Source: Spirulina sp. (GTDB taxonomy: Bacteria > Cyanobacteriota > Cyanobacteriia > Phormidesmidales > Phormidesmidaceae). From it: DNA of 64,000 nucleotides. The translations under genes were made by a program, and so were the position numbers. This document shows positions 9,417 through 19,269 of this stretch, piece by piece. The notes beneath the pieces are model-generated. The model had not been told where the DNA came from. It was given only the letters and a program-made list of their open reading frames with translations, and searched no databases. Positions within the stretch are counted from its first letter, which is position 1; every line of letters begins with the position of its first letter. The stretch is taken from positions 64,001 through 128,000 of the forward strand of contig JBIPSI010000009.1 in NCBI GenBank assembly GCA_044070495.1, read 5' to 3'.

Positions 9417-10460
9417 ATGACGGCGTCCACACCCTATTCATCGGAGGCCATTCAATCGGCGCTGCAAATGGGGGAATTGGCCTTTGATCTGCCCGATCCC
9501 AACGATGACGGCATCTCAGACTACGAATTTAACCTTCAGGTAGAAGCCGCCTGGCAGGTGTGCGACCGCTTTGACCTGCAAACCGATATTTGGCGGGGGC
9601 GCATTCTGCGGACGGTGCGAGATCGGGAAAAGCGCGGCGGCGATGGCCGGGGCACAGGCTTCCTCAACTGGCTGAAGGAACGGGAAATTACCAAAAGCTA
9701 CGCCTACAACCTGATTGAACTGGCGGAGAGCGCTGACCAACTGCTGGAATCTGGGATGCTCACCTCCAAGGAGGTGAACCTGTTTAGCAAACGGGCCTTT
9801 TTAGAAACCGCCAAGGCCGCCCCAGAGGTGCAGCAATTGGTGAGCGATTCGGCTCGCAAGGGGGATCACATCACCCGCCGCGAGGTGCGCCAGGTGGCCA
9901 ACGAGTGGGCCGCCATGACCTCCGACCTGATTCCCGAAACCCTTCGGGAGAAGGCCGCCAACAACACCATCCCCAGCCGCTACATCGCCCCCCTGGTGAA
10001 GGAGATGGAGAAGCTGCCCCCCACCCACCAAACCACCCTCAAAACCGAAGTCGAACTCAACCCCGATCTCGACACCCTAAAGCAGGTCACCGCCGAGGCC
10101 CGTTACCTGTCCAAATATTTGGCCTCCGCCAACCAGGTGCAATTGCTGGAAGCGGGCAACTTTGACCTAGAACTCGCCCTAGAGGAAGCCCTGCGGGTGG
10201 GTTGCCTCAATTCCGCCGCCGACATGGTGGCCCAGGCCGCCCAAATTGAACAAACCGCCGTCAAGCTCTATACCGCCTGGAAACGGCTCAACCAACTCTC
10301 GGAGCGCGTTTTTGTGGACAGCGGCGAAAGCACTCCCAACCTCCGCGCCCTGCTCACCGCCCTCGGCCCCATCACGGGCGAAACCGTGCAAGTGCGCCTA
10401 GGGGAAGCCAACAGCGCCACCGCCCAAACCGTTCGCTGGCGGCTGGTTTCGGAGGATTAG
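9417..10460 (+). CDS. Conserved cyanobacterial hypothetical alpha-helical protein
   Basis: Long ORF with host-like codon usage (AWQVCDRFDLQTDIWRGRILR). Confidence 0.8.
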   Translation: MTASTPYSSEAIQSALQMGELAFDLPDPNDDGISDYEFNLQVEAAWQVCDRFDLQTDIWRGRILRTVRDREKRGGDGRGTGFLNWLKEREITKSYAYNLIELAESADQLLESGMLTSKEVNLFSKRAFLETAKAAPEVQQLVSDSARKGDHITRREVRQVANEWAAMTSDLIPETLREKAANNTIPSRYIAPLVKEMEKLPPTHQTTLKTEVELNPDLDTLKQVTAEARYLSKYLASANQVQLLEAGNFDLELALEEALRVGCLNSAADMVAQAAQIEQTAVKLYTAWKRLNQLSERVFVDSGESTPNLRALLTALGPITGETVQVRLGEANSATAQTVRWRLVSED

Positions 10461-10506
10461 ACTTGCTCCGAGGATCCTACTCCCCCGCTTGCTCACCCAT
10501 CCATCC

Positions 10507-10530
10507 GTAGGGGTGAGGTCTCCTCACCCT
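10507..10530. repeat. REP-like hairpin GTAG-GGGTGAGG-TCT-CCTCACCC
   Basis: GTAG foot plus hairpin; near-identical to the reverse complement of 46062-46085. Confidence 0.7.
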
Positions 10531-10571
10531 CCCACGAGCATCTTATCTATCCGAGGCTATCAGGATTGAGC

Positions 10572-11078
10572 CTACGCGAAGGTGAAGGTGAGGCCAAAGG
10601 TTTGGGCAAGGTTGCAGGTTTGGTGGTCGGTGAGGTTGGTGTCGCTGAGTTCTAGGTTGTAAAAGGTGACGCTGGGATGGGTGAAGTATGGCCCCGCGTG
10701 CCAGGTGCCCACCTCTAGCTTAATGAAGCAGTGGCCAGGGATATGAAAGGCTTTTAGGGTCTCAAGATCAGGTTGGTCTGCCTCCCCTGGAGGAGCCACC
10801 GCCATCAGCCAATCCTTGTCCGCCAAGGCTCCTAGACATTGGGTGCAGCGGCGGTGGCGGGTAATGGTACGGAACTCGGTACCGGAGTGGGTGAGAGTCA
10901 TCAGGTAAAGGCGCGGAATACCCTGATTGAGCACCAGTTGGGCATCGGTAGGGCCAAAGGGGCCGCCATCTTGGCTAGGAAAAATCACCTGACCAAAAGG
11001 CGCAAAGGCCTCAGCGGTAATAGGTTCTGCCGTTAAGGTGCGCTGGGTGAGGGTTGGGGAAAACAACGACGAAGTCAT
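10572..11078 (-). CDS. Ureidoglycolate lyase/hydrolase-like protein (AllA-like cupin)
   Basis: ITAEAFAPFGQVI, TRHRRCTQCL, GTWHAGP motifs. Confidence 0.8.
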   Translation of the reverse strand: MTSSLFSPTLTQRTLTAEPITAEAFAPFGQVIFPSQDGGPFGPTDAQLVLNQGIPRLYLMTLTHSGTEFRTITRHRRCTQCLGALADKDWLMAVAPPGEADQPDLETLKAFHIPGHCFIKLEVGTWHAGPYFTHPSVTFYNLELSDTNLTDHQTCNLAQTFGLTFTFA

Positions 11079-11325
11079 GGCATCAATCGATGGGGAACCG
11101 TCCCCATTGTAGGAAGTTGGGACAGTGCTTTAGGATGCCCCGCATTGCACCTGGACTCGGCAGAACTGTTACGCTTTTTAATCACTCCTTGGCTATATAG
11201 AAACCTTTTCGTTAGAATCACCCCAATTCCTAAGTCCCAATTCTCCCAAACCCAAGTTTTCCCAGGATCGAATTTTCCCAGGATCCAAGACTACTTTTGA
11301 GTTCTCTCCCCACTTCCGTTGTGCC

Positions 11326-11943
11326 ATGGCTGCCCTAACTTCCCCCGAATTGCTGAGCCACATTCCCGCCGAACATTTGAATATTATGGGCTACGTCAAT
11401 GAGTCGGAGGTGAACGGCCCCGGCTGTCGGGCGGTGGTGTGGGTGCAGGGCTGTTTGCTCCATTGTCCGGGCTGTTTTAATCCGGCGAGCTGGAGTTTTG
11501 AGGAAAATCAGATCGTGGCGGTGGAGGACTTGGCCCAGCGCATCTTGGCGAATCCCAAAAATCAGGGCGTCACCTTTTCCGGCGGCGAGCCCTTTTGGCA
11601 GGCTACGGCCCTGGCCCGGTTGGCGGCTTTGGTGAAGGCCCATGGGTTGACGGTGATGTCGTTTACGGGGTTTACCCTAGAAAAGCTGCGGTCTGCCGAT
11701 GCGCCCCCCGGTGCCCAGGATTTGCTTGCCCAGCTTGATCTATTAATTGACGGGCCGTTTGTGGAATCCCAGGCGGTAAATTCCCCCGATTCTCCGGTAT
11801 CGTCGCGCAATCAGCGGGTTCACATCTTCAACCCCGCCCTAGAAAACGCCATTACCTGGGCCAGCGACCAGCTAGAGGTTCACATTTTCAAAGATGGTAG
11901 CCGCATCGTCACCGGGTACCGGGGGCAACTGCTGACCGAGTAG
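11326..11943 (+). CDS. Radical SAM protein, NrdG/anaerobic RNR activase-like
   Basis: NGPGCRAVVWVQGCLLHCPGCFNP (CxxxCxxC), TFSGGEP, LLIDGPF, SSRNQR. Confidence 0.88.
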   Translation: MAALTSPELLSHIPAEHLNIMGYVNESEVNGPGCRAVVWVQGCLLHCPGCFNPASWSFEENQIVAVEDLAQRILANPKNQGVTFSGGEPFWQATALARLAALVKAHGLTVMSFTGFTLEKLRSADAPPGAQDLLAQLDLLIDGPFVESQAVNSPDSPVSSRNQRVHIFNPALENAITWASDQLEVHIFKDGSRIVTGYRGQLLTE

Positions 11944-12583
11944 CCGACGGGCAGAGATCCGCCAGGGTGCAATCCCTACAGTTGGGGCTGCGGGCCATAC
12001 ACACCGCCCGTCCGTGGTAGACCAGGCGGATCGACCAGTTTTCCCAGTCGGGCTGGGGCAGCAGTTTCATCAGGTCGCGCTCGATTTTAATCGGATCGCT
12101 GTGCTGGGTGAGGCCGAGGCGGTTGGTGAGGCGTTTGACGTGGGTATCCACCGTGACCCCAGCGTTGATGCCAAAACCGTGGGCCAGCACCACGTTGGCG
12201 GTTTTGCGGGCCACCCCCGCCAGGGTCAGCAGGTCGTCCATGGTGTTGGGCACTTCGCCGCTGTACTCAGTGACAATGCGCTGGCAGGCGGCCCGGATGT
12301 TTTTGGCCTTATTGCGATAGAAGCCCGTGGATTTAATCAGGCCTTCCAAATCGGCCAGGTCGGCCTCGGCAAAGGCGTAGACATTGGGGTAGGCGGCAAA
12401 CAGGGCGGGGGTGACTTTGTTGACCCGTTCATCGGTGCATTGGGCCGACAAAATCGTGGCCACCATTAGTTGCAGGGTGGTCTCAAAGTCTAGGGAGCAG
12501 GGCGCTTCAGGGTAGAGTTCCTTGAGGCGGCGCAAAATTTCCAGGGCACGTTGCTTTTTGGGGGGGCGACGGGGGGCACTCAC
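11909..12583 (-). CDS. nth: Endonuclease III
   Basis: ILSAQCTD, GFYRNKAK, HhH LAGVARKTAN, VDTHV, Fe-S motif CxxxxxxCxxCxxxxxC. Confidence 0.97.
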   Translation of the reverse strand: MSAPRRPPKKQRALEILRRLKELYPEAPCSLDFETTLQLMVATILSAQCTDERVNKVTPALFAAYPNVYAFAEADLADLEGLIKSTGFYRNKAKNIRAACQRIVTEYSGEVPNTMDDLLTLAGVARKTANVVLAHGFGINAGVTVDTHVKRLTNRLGLTQHSDPIKIERDLMKLLPQPDWENWSIRLVYHGRAVCMARSPNCRDCTLADLCPSATRSAVAPGTR

Positions 12584-12586
12584 GGG

Positions 12587-13678
12587 CTACTGACGCAGGT
12601 TTTGGAAAATCTCAAGCTGGGTGGTGTCGCGCACGATTAGAAACACGCCTAAGCCCAGCAGCAGCACCAGACCCGTCTGCATCACGTTTTCTTGCAGGCG
12701 GTCGGGCAGGGGTTTGCCGCGCAGGGCTTCTACCAGCAAAAAGGCCAGTTGGCCCCCATCTAGGGCGGGCAGGGGCAGGATGTTGATAATCGCCAGGTTG
12801 ATGCTGATGATGGCGGTGAAGGGAAACAGCATGGCTAGGCTAGATTCCGCCAGTCCCGCCCCCTGCTCCACAATTTTGACCGGGCCAGCCACCTGGTTGG
12901 CCATTTCGCCAAAGTTAGTCACCAGCATGACAAAGCCATTCACCGTGCGCACCAGCATGTCTTGGAACTGCTTGGCGGCCAGGCTCAACACTTCAATCGG
13001 CCCCGTGGGGCGACGGTAGCCAAAGTCGCCGTTAGGCTGAAGCTGCACCCCAATCACCGCATTGCCATCGGGGCCAGGGACGGGGGTAACGGTGACTTCA
13101 AACTCGCGACTACCCCGCTGCACCGTGAGATCCACGGGCTGGTTGGGGCTGTCTTTGATCAGCTGAATAAAGGTGGGAATGGTGTCGTCACTGCCATCTA
13201 GAGATGCGCCGTTGGCCTCTAGCAAAATATCCCCAGGGCGCAGGCCAGCCTGGGCGGCGGGGGAGGTATCAGAGACCACCTGGGGAATGACGATACCGGG
13301 CTGAGGATCGAAGGTTTCGGGGATGCCCACGGTGGTGAACTGGGCCACAAACACCAGGTAGGCAAACACCAGGTTGGCAATCACCCCGGCACTAATCACA
13401 ATCGCCCGGTCGAGGATGGGCCGATTGCGCAGCAGGTCGGGATCGTTGGGGGGAATCTCGCTGTCGGGGTCGTCGTCGGGGAAACCCACAAACCCGCCCA
13501 GGGGGATGGCCCGCAGGGAATACTCGGTTTCAGCACCCTGGTACTTCCATAGAATGGGGCCAAAGCCAATGGCAAAGCGGTTGACATGGATGCCCTGGAG
13601 CCGAGCCGCCAGGAAATGACCCGCTTCGTGAACAGCAACCAAGAGGGCAATGACGGCGATGGCGGCGAGAACGGACAT
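12587..13678 (-). CDS. rseP: RIP metalloprotease RseP (M50) with a PDZ domain
   Basis: HEAGH, IPLGG, NILPLPALDGG. Confidence 0.95.
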   Translation of the reverse strand: MSVLAAIAVIALLVAVHEAGHFLAARLQGIHVNRFAIGFGPILWKYQGAETEYSLRAIPLGGFVGFPDDDPDSEIPPNDPDLLRNRPILDRAIVISAGVIANLVFAYLVFVAQFTTVGIPETFDPQPGIVIPQVVSDTSPAAQAGLRPGDILLEANGASLDGSDDTIPTFIQLIKDSPNQPVDLTVQRGSREFEVTVTPVPGPDGNAVIGVQLQPNGDFGYRRPTGPIEVLSLAAKQFQDMLVRTVNGFVMLVTNFGEMANQVAGPVKIVEQGAGLAESSLAMLFPFTAIISINLAIINILPLPALDGGQLAFLLVEALRGKPLPDRLQENVMQTGLVLLLGLGVFLIVRDTTQLEIFQNLRQ

Positions 13679-13808
13679 AGGCTACCCGGTGCGTGACAAT
13701 AATTTCCCTATTCTAGCGCTCGCCATGGCGGTGAATGGGAAATGGGATCGGCTATCCGCCACCGATGTCATGTCTAGGAAGCCTTTTGAGAGGATCCTGC
13801 TGAATTGA

Positions 13809-14564
13809 CTACTGAATTAAGGCGTCGGCTACCCCTTCTAGCACTCGCGTCACCGGGTGGTCGGGATATCTGAGGGCGAAGATACCGCCGCTGGCTAGCA
13901 CCATCAAATCATCGGAGTGGGGAATCACCCCCGCCACCGTAGCCCTGTAGGTGGCCTCTACCTTCGTCTTCAGTTCGTCAAAGTCGAACACATCGGGGGC
14001 TTTGTTCACCGCAATCAGCAGCTTTTCCACCTGAAGTTTGCGGGCCACATCCACGGTAACGGCGGTGCCTTGGTAGTCCTGTTGGTCGGGTCGCAGCAAC
14101 AGCAGTAGAACGTTGGAAATGGTGATGGACAGCAGGGTTTCTTCGTTTAGCCCTGGGTGGGTGTCGATGATGAGGTAATCGAGCTTGAAATCCTTGATGA
14201 CTTTTCGATAGCCGTCGTTGAGGCGGTTGACATCGTAGCCCTCCCGCAGCACGCGGGCAATGTCGCTGGTTTTGATGCTAGAAGGCAGCAAAAATAACCC
14301 GCCCCCATTCCCCGTGGTGAGCAGGTGGGAGATATCGTAGACGGCGTCTTTAACGTCGATTTTTCCCCAGAGATAGTCGTTGAGGGAGGCCTGGATGCTA
14401 TCTTTGCCAAACCCAAACAGAACATGCACCCCAGGGGACTGAATATCGGTGTCTACCACCGCCACCCGAAAGCCCTTTTGGGCCAAAATCACTGCCAGGT
14501 TGGAGACGGTATTCGATTTTCCCGTGCCCCCCCGATAGGAGTGAATTGAAATAATTTGTGCCAT
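13809..14564 (-). CDS. MinD/ParA family ATPase
   Basis: SYRGGTGKS deviant Walker A, VDTDIQSPG, IIDTHPG. Confidence 0.88.
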   Translation of the reverse strand: MAQIISIHSYRGGTGKSNTVSNLAVILAQKGFRVAVVDTDIQSPGVHVLFGFGKDSIQASLNDYLWGKIDVKDAVYDISHLLTTGNGGGLFLLPSSIKTSDIARVLREGYDVNRLNDGYRKVIKDFKLDYLIIDTHPGLNEETLLSITISNVLLLLLRPDQQDYQGTAVTVDVARKLQVEKLLIAVNKAPDVFDFDELKTKVEATYRATVAGVIPHSDDLMVLASGGIFALRYPDHPVTRVLEGVADALIQ

Positions 14565-14965
14565 AGAACAGAATCCCTAACCCCTTTCTAATAATGCCCA
14601 GCCTTGGGGGCCGCTAGGACGGCTACCGTTCCCCTAAGGCGATGGCCTAAGGTTTTCCTAGCATCCCAGTGACACGGTGTTCCGGTCACAGAACCCAGCC
14701 ACCCCAGACTACCCATTCCCTAGGATGCCCCCTTAGGCCGCGAATCTTAAGGTTGAGTGAGCCGCCTAAACTCCCCCATTATGCTTTTACGGTGTACGCT
14801 AGGTTCCCTCAGGATGGCGCAATTCCTTTACAGAATAGCGCCTCAATGGCGATGGCGCTTTGGCCAGAGAGCCTGGGAACCACAGTGACCTGTCCATGGA
14901 CTTTGCAGACCATAGATCATGGAACTTGACCCTTGGGAACTTGAACGTTACGGATCGAGGATTAG

Positions 14966-15754
14966 ATGGGGCTAGATATTCTACTGCTGACAATCTACTT
15001 CATCTGTATTGGCTATTTGGGCTACCAAATGGTGCTGTCGGTGGAGGCGGAAATGGAGGATCTCGTCACCTTCATCCCCGATCCCGATGCCCTAGGCACC
15101 GCCCTGGCGGATCAGCTCACCCGCCAGGGGCTTTCGGCGGATTTGGGGCAGGTGGTGATGGAACTACCGTCACCGCTCAAACCCCAGGTGGGTGCGGTGG
15201 TAATGCCGCCGCCCCTGCGGTCTGATGCTCCCAATTCTCAGGCTGAAAATGCCCTGATTGCTGTGCAGGTACTCCCCCAGGGGCCTCAACCCATCAAGCC
15301 CTTGGCGGGGCTAACGGTGCAGGTACTTAACCAAACCCAGGGTTTCCTGGTAGTGGTGGATTGGGATCGCAGTTCCTTTACCCAGATGACCAACCAAGCC
15401 CAACGGGTGATTCGCTATACCCCCGGCACGCGGCTCGATCTGGGTCTGCCCCAGGTAACCAGCGTGGTCAATCCGAACCAATTGTTGAGTGCCGTGGCTA
15501 CCAGCGAAGCGACCTTCAGCCTCAATCCTGAGACCCAACTGCTGCAACCCTCTACGCCGTTGATCGATGCCAACCGCCTGCTCAGTGTGCCGCCCCCGGC
15601 ACGGGTCTATGCCCTAGACCTAGCGCTGAGCATTACCCCTGTCCTGGGTCGGGGGGCGCGTCCGGTGGTGTTGCTGCTACCCTTCCGCTTTCGGGTCGAA
15701 CGCCTACTCGCCAAGCCCCCGATTCCCTACCTCAGGTGGTTTATGAAGCGGTAA
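14966..15754 (+). CDS. Hypothetical protein with an N-terminal transmembrane helix
   Basis: 262 aa ORF with RBS GAGG and a hydrophobic N-terminus. Confidence 0.75.
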   Translation: MGLDILLLTIYFICIGYLGYQMVLSVEAEMEDLVTFIPDPDALGTALADQLTRQGLSADLGQVVMELPSPLKPQVGAVVMPPPLRSDAPNSQAENALIAVQVLPQGPQPIKPLAGLTVQVLNQTQGFLVVVDWDRSSFTQMTNQAQRVIRYTPGTRLDLGLPQVTSVVNPNQLLSAVATSEATFSLNPETQLLQPSTPLIDANRLLSVPPPARVYALDLALSITPVLGRGARPVVLLLPFRFRVERLLAKPPIPYLRWFMKR

Positions 15755-15831
15755 GCCACACCCCCGCCCCCTTTTCCAGGGAGCCAAGGATTAGCAATCC
15801 AAGGCTCGAAGCAGCAATTTTCTCACGAGAA

Positions 15832-15867
15832 TTGGGAATCGGGCTTGGGAATCGGGCTTGGGAATCG
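15832..15867. repeat. Tandem 13-mer TTGGGAATCGGGC (about 2.8 copies)
   Basis: Read directly between convergent genes. Confidence 0.8.
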
Positions 15868-15952
15868 AAAAATTGTCGTGAATCTCCTGGCTTTCTGGAT
15901 CGGGAAACCGGGGGCAACGATCCCTTAGTTATAGACGGTTGGTTATAGACGA

Positions 15953-16381
15953 TCAGGCCGAGGTCTGATCCCAAAGGGCGAGGGTTTGGCGGCAGCATTG
16001 CTTCAGCCGTTCTCCGCAGGTGGCATCCGGCGCAGTTTGGCCGGAAAAATCCCAGTGGTTAATAGTGGAGAGGGTCCACTGCTTGCCGCGATGGTCAAAC
16101 CCGGCCACCTCTAGGCCAATCACCCGCCGTTCGTGGGTTTCGGGATCGGTGTGCAACCGAATTTGAACCAGCAAGCTACGGCAGCGAAACAAACGGCTAA
16201 CGCCCGGAAAGTGAAAGCCTAGGTCGATGGAGTCGGGATCCACGAGATCGCGGGTTTCCCGATCATTGGCCCAGGGTTTTAGGTCAACCCGAAGGTCGGG
16301 GAATTCGCCCTTAAAGAGGCCGACCACGGTGGCAATTTTGCTGGCAAATTCGATGCTATTGGCCTGTTCTGCTGCGTTCAC
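15953..16381 (-). CDS. Conserved cyanobacterial hypothetical protein (MNAAEQA...DLKPW...DPDSIDLGFHFPG)
   Basis: Part of ORF 15953-16456; GTG start at 16381 inferred. Confidence 0.75.
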   Translation of the reverse strand: MNAAEQANSIEFASKIATVVGLFKGEFPDLRVDLKPWANDRETRDLVDPDSIDLGFHFPGVSRLFRCRSLLVQIRLHTDPETHERRVIGLEVAGFDHRGKQWTLSTINHWDFSGQTAPDATCGERLKQCCRQTLALWDQTSA

Positions 16382-16491
16382 GCTGCCTGCGACAAAAGTA
16401 GGTTGGCTTTCAGAATAGGATAGCGTTTTGTTTACAACAGTTAACTGGTTAACCAAACGGCGGCCTGCCGATCCCCAACCCTCGTCGAAGC

Positions 16492-17079
16492 CTACTGGCC
16501 AACAGTGAGATCGGCCTGGCAGGTATTCAGCATCCGCAGGTCGTTCTCAGACAGGGTTTCAAGGGCGTGGAAGCCGCTGAGGCTGAGGGGGGCAAGACCG
16601 TTTTGGAACTGCGTGGTGGCAATGGGGCTTTGGGCGTCTAGGGCGATGCTGTAGGGGTAGGCTTCCTGGCTGTAGCTATCGATGATGGTCATGGCGAGGG
16701 CGTTACCCTCCACCCGTCCACGGAAGCAATCGAAGGAAGAGCCTGGAAAGTACAGTGCGCCATAGATGTCTTGGCCATCACTGTTGAGGACAATGTAGCC
16801 GCTGCCAATCTGGTCGGGATCGGGGGATTGGCCAAAGAGATACTGCCCCGGTTCTGGGAAGGATCGGGCTGAAGCCGTTTGGGCCAAAGCGGGAACCGGG
16901 GCCTCTAGGGCCAGTTCGAGGGACATTGCCTCATTATGGTTAGCCTGGGCCTCTAGCCCCAAACCCATGGCCACTACACAGGCTGCCACCACCCCAGCCC
17001 GCGCCAGGGTTCGGGGAGCAATTCTCAGCCAGCGGAGGGGAGATGACAAGGATTTCGATAGCGTCATGGATGCGAGCAT
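16492..17079 (-). CDS. Secreted hypothetical protein (GQYLFGQSPDPDQIG..YFPGSSFDCF)
   Basis: ATG at 17079 preceded by AAGGAGG; signal-like segment. Confidence 0.75.
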   Translation of the reverse strand: MLASMTLSKSLSSPLRWLRIAPRTLARAGVVAACVVAMGLGLEAQANHNEAMSLELALEAPVPALAQTASARSFPEPGQYLFGQSPDPDQIGSGYIVLNSDGQDIYGALYFPGSSFDCFRGRVEGNALAMTIIDSYSQEAYPYSIALDAQSPIATTQFQNGLAPLSLSGFHALETLSENDLRMLNTCQADLTVGQ

Positions 17080-17553
17080 TGTAATGTCCCTCCTTACTCC
17101 TAAAGTTCTAAATTCTGGCCTGGGCTTTAGTGACTGATCCTGATCTGAACTTAGTTCAATCAGGAGGCAGGCTAAGCCTGAAACCAACACCCCTATCTCA
17201 GATTAAGAGCAAGTTTTGCGGCCTCTAGATTCAATGTAGTAGAACAGCTTGACCCAGATGGGGAATGATTCCCGACCGTAACAACTCTTTGAATAAGGGT
17301 GAGCCCATTAGCAATAAGCCAATACATTCTAGGAAGTTTCCTAGGCCGAATCCGAGTTTTTCTTTGGGCACAGTTTTGTTATATCGGGAACGGCTCGACC
17401 CCACCCGACCTAAGGTGCCACCTCTTAAATTGTCAGCCTAAATTGCTCACCTCAATGGTCGGTGATGGGTGTGTGGCATGGGTGAGGAATATAGGCCCTA
17501 GATGGGTTTATCTAGGGGCAGAGGGGACCATTGATAGCAAGATTCGGTGGCAG

Positions 17554-18033
17554 CTACCTTTGCAGGAGCGTAAACAGCCCCTCTTCGATGTCGTAGCCCA
17601 GCATTTGAGTCATAAATTTCAACTTGGTGGAGTTGAAGTGCCCCTGCTGCTGAAGCCATGGGGCAATCACAAAAATCTTCTGCATGACAAAGATTTCCAG
17701 GGCTTCGGGGTTGTAACGAATGCCATCGGCGGGGCTGAATTGGTGGGGCACCAGCATGGCAGCATAGCGCCCTAGTTCGCCCGCCTCCCAGTCCAGCACA
17801 AAGGGTAGCCAAGGGTATTGGCTATCCAGACGAATGAACCAAAGCCGCACCTCTGGCAGTTCCGACAGTTCCCTGGGGTCGGTGGGGTCGCGGGGAATGT
17901 CGATGTCAAACCGCAGCCCGTCCACCTCAGCAATCCCCTTTTCGCTGGCCAGTAGGGGTTCAATCACCGCTGTAGCGGGGCTGAGGTCGAGGGTTTGCAG
18001 GTGGCTTTCGCGGAGGGTAATGGTGTGGGCCAT
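17554..18033 (-). CDS. CRR6 family NDH-1 (NdhI) maturation factor (DUF1817)
   Basis: DPRELSELPEVRLWFIRLD..YPWLP, RYAAMLVPHQF, NPEALEIF. Confidence 0.88.
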   Translation of the reverse strand: MAHTITLRESHLQTLDLSPATAVIEPLLASEKGIAEVDGLRFDIDIPRDPTDPRELSELPEVRLWFIRLDSQYPWLPFVLDWEAGELGRYAAMLVPHQFSPADGIRYNPEALEIFVMQKIFVIAPWLQQQGHFNSTKLKFMTQMLGYDIEEGLFTLLQR

Positions 18034-18141
18034 GGGGAACGAGCTAGGATGAACAGCCTCTATTGTGGCAGAGGGGGGTGGCAGAGGGGAAAGAGCGTGC
18101 CATGATGGGTAACGGTTTTTCTGTCGGATGGGCTTTGCCGA

Positions 18142-19269
18142 ATGTCTGATTCTCCCCTGCGTGTGTGCATTACCCTTGGAACCCGGCCTGAAGCGATTAA
18201 GCTGGCCCCGGTGATTCAGGCGTTTCAACGGGACGCGGCCTTTGAGACCCAGGTGGTGCTAACCGGGCAACACCGGGAAATGGTGGATCAGGTGATGGCC
18301 CTGTTTGACCTGCGCGCCGATGCCGATCTCGCCATCATGCAGCCGAAACAAACCCTCACCGACATCACCTGCCGCAGCCTCCAGGGATTAGAGGCCCATT
18401 TTCAAACCCTCAAGCCCGATCTGGTGATTGTGCAGGGCGACACTACCACCGCCTTTGCCGCCGCCCTGGCCGCGTTCTATCAAAAAATTCCGGTGGGCCA
18501 TGTGGAAGCCGGACTGCGTACCGACAATATCTATAGCCCCTACCCCGAAGAGGCCAACCGACGGCTAATTTCCCAGCTCACCACCCTACACTTTGCCCCC
18601 ACCGCCAAGTCCGTGGAGCACCTGAAGGCCTCCAGTGTGGTGGGGGAAATCCACGCCACGGGCAACACCGTGATTGACGCTCTACTTACCGTCGCCGCCC
18701 AGCGGCCCGACTGCCCCATCGACGGCCTAGACTGGGAGCGCCATCGGGTGATTTTGGCCACCGTCCACCGCCGGGAAAACTGGGGCCAACCCTTGGAGGA
18801 CATCGCCGCCGGATTTTTAGCTGTCCTAGAGTCCCAGTCCGATACTGCCCTGCTGCTGCCCCTGCACCGCAACCCCCTGGTGCGCGAACCCCTCACCGCT
18901 GCTCTGGGCAACCATCCCCGCGTCTTTTTGACCGAACCCCTCGACTATCGCGCCCTGGTGGGAGCCATGCAGCGCTGCCATCTGCTGCTGACCGACTCCG
19001 GCGGCTTGCAGGAGGAGGCCCCTGGCCTGGGTAAACCCGTCCTGGTGCTACGCGACACCACCGAACGCCCGGAAGCCGTAGAAGCAGGCACCGCCCGCCT
19101 GATCGGCACCGACCGGGAGGCCATCCACCACCATGCCCTAGAATTGCTGACTAACCCCGCCGCCTACGCAGCCATGGCCCAGGCGGTGAACCCCTTTGGC
19201 GATGGCCACGCCTCCGAGCGCATCCTCGCCATTGTAAAAACCTACCTGGGCCAGCGGAAGGCTACCTAA
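18142..19269 (+). CDS. wecB: Non-hydrolysing UDP-N-acetylglucosamine 2-epimerase
   Basis: GTRPEAIK, TGQHREM, QGDTTT, HVEAGLRT, HRRENW, TDSGGLQEE, TTERPE. Confidence 0.97.
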   Translation: MSDSPLRVCITLGTRPEAIKLAPVIQAFQRDAAFETQVVLTGQHREMVDQVMALFDLRADADLAIMQPKQTLTDITCRSLQGLEAHFQTLKPDLVIVQGDTTTAFAAALAAFYQKIPVGHVEAGLRTDNIYSPYPEEANRRLISQLTTLHFAPTAKSVEHLKASSVVGEIHATGNTVIDALLTVAAQRPDCPIDGLDWERHRVILATVHRRENWGQPLEDIAAGFLAVLESQSDTALLLPLHRNPLVREPLTAALGNHPRVFLTEPLDYRALVGAMQRCHLLLTDSGGLQEEAPGLGKPVLVLRDTTERPEAVEAGTARLIGTDREAIHHHALELLTNPAAYAAMAQAVNPFGDGHASERILAIVKTYLGQRKAT

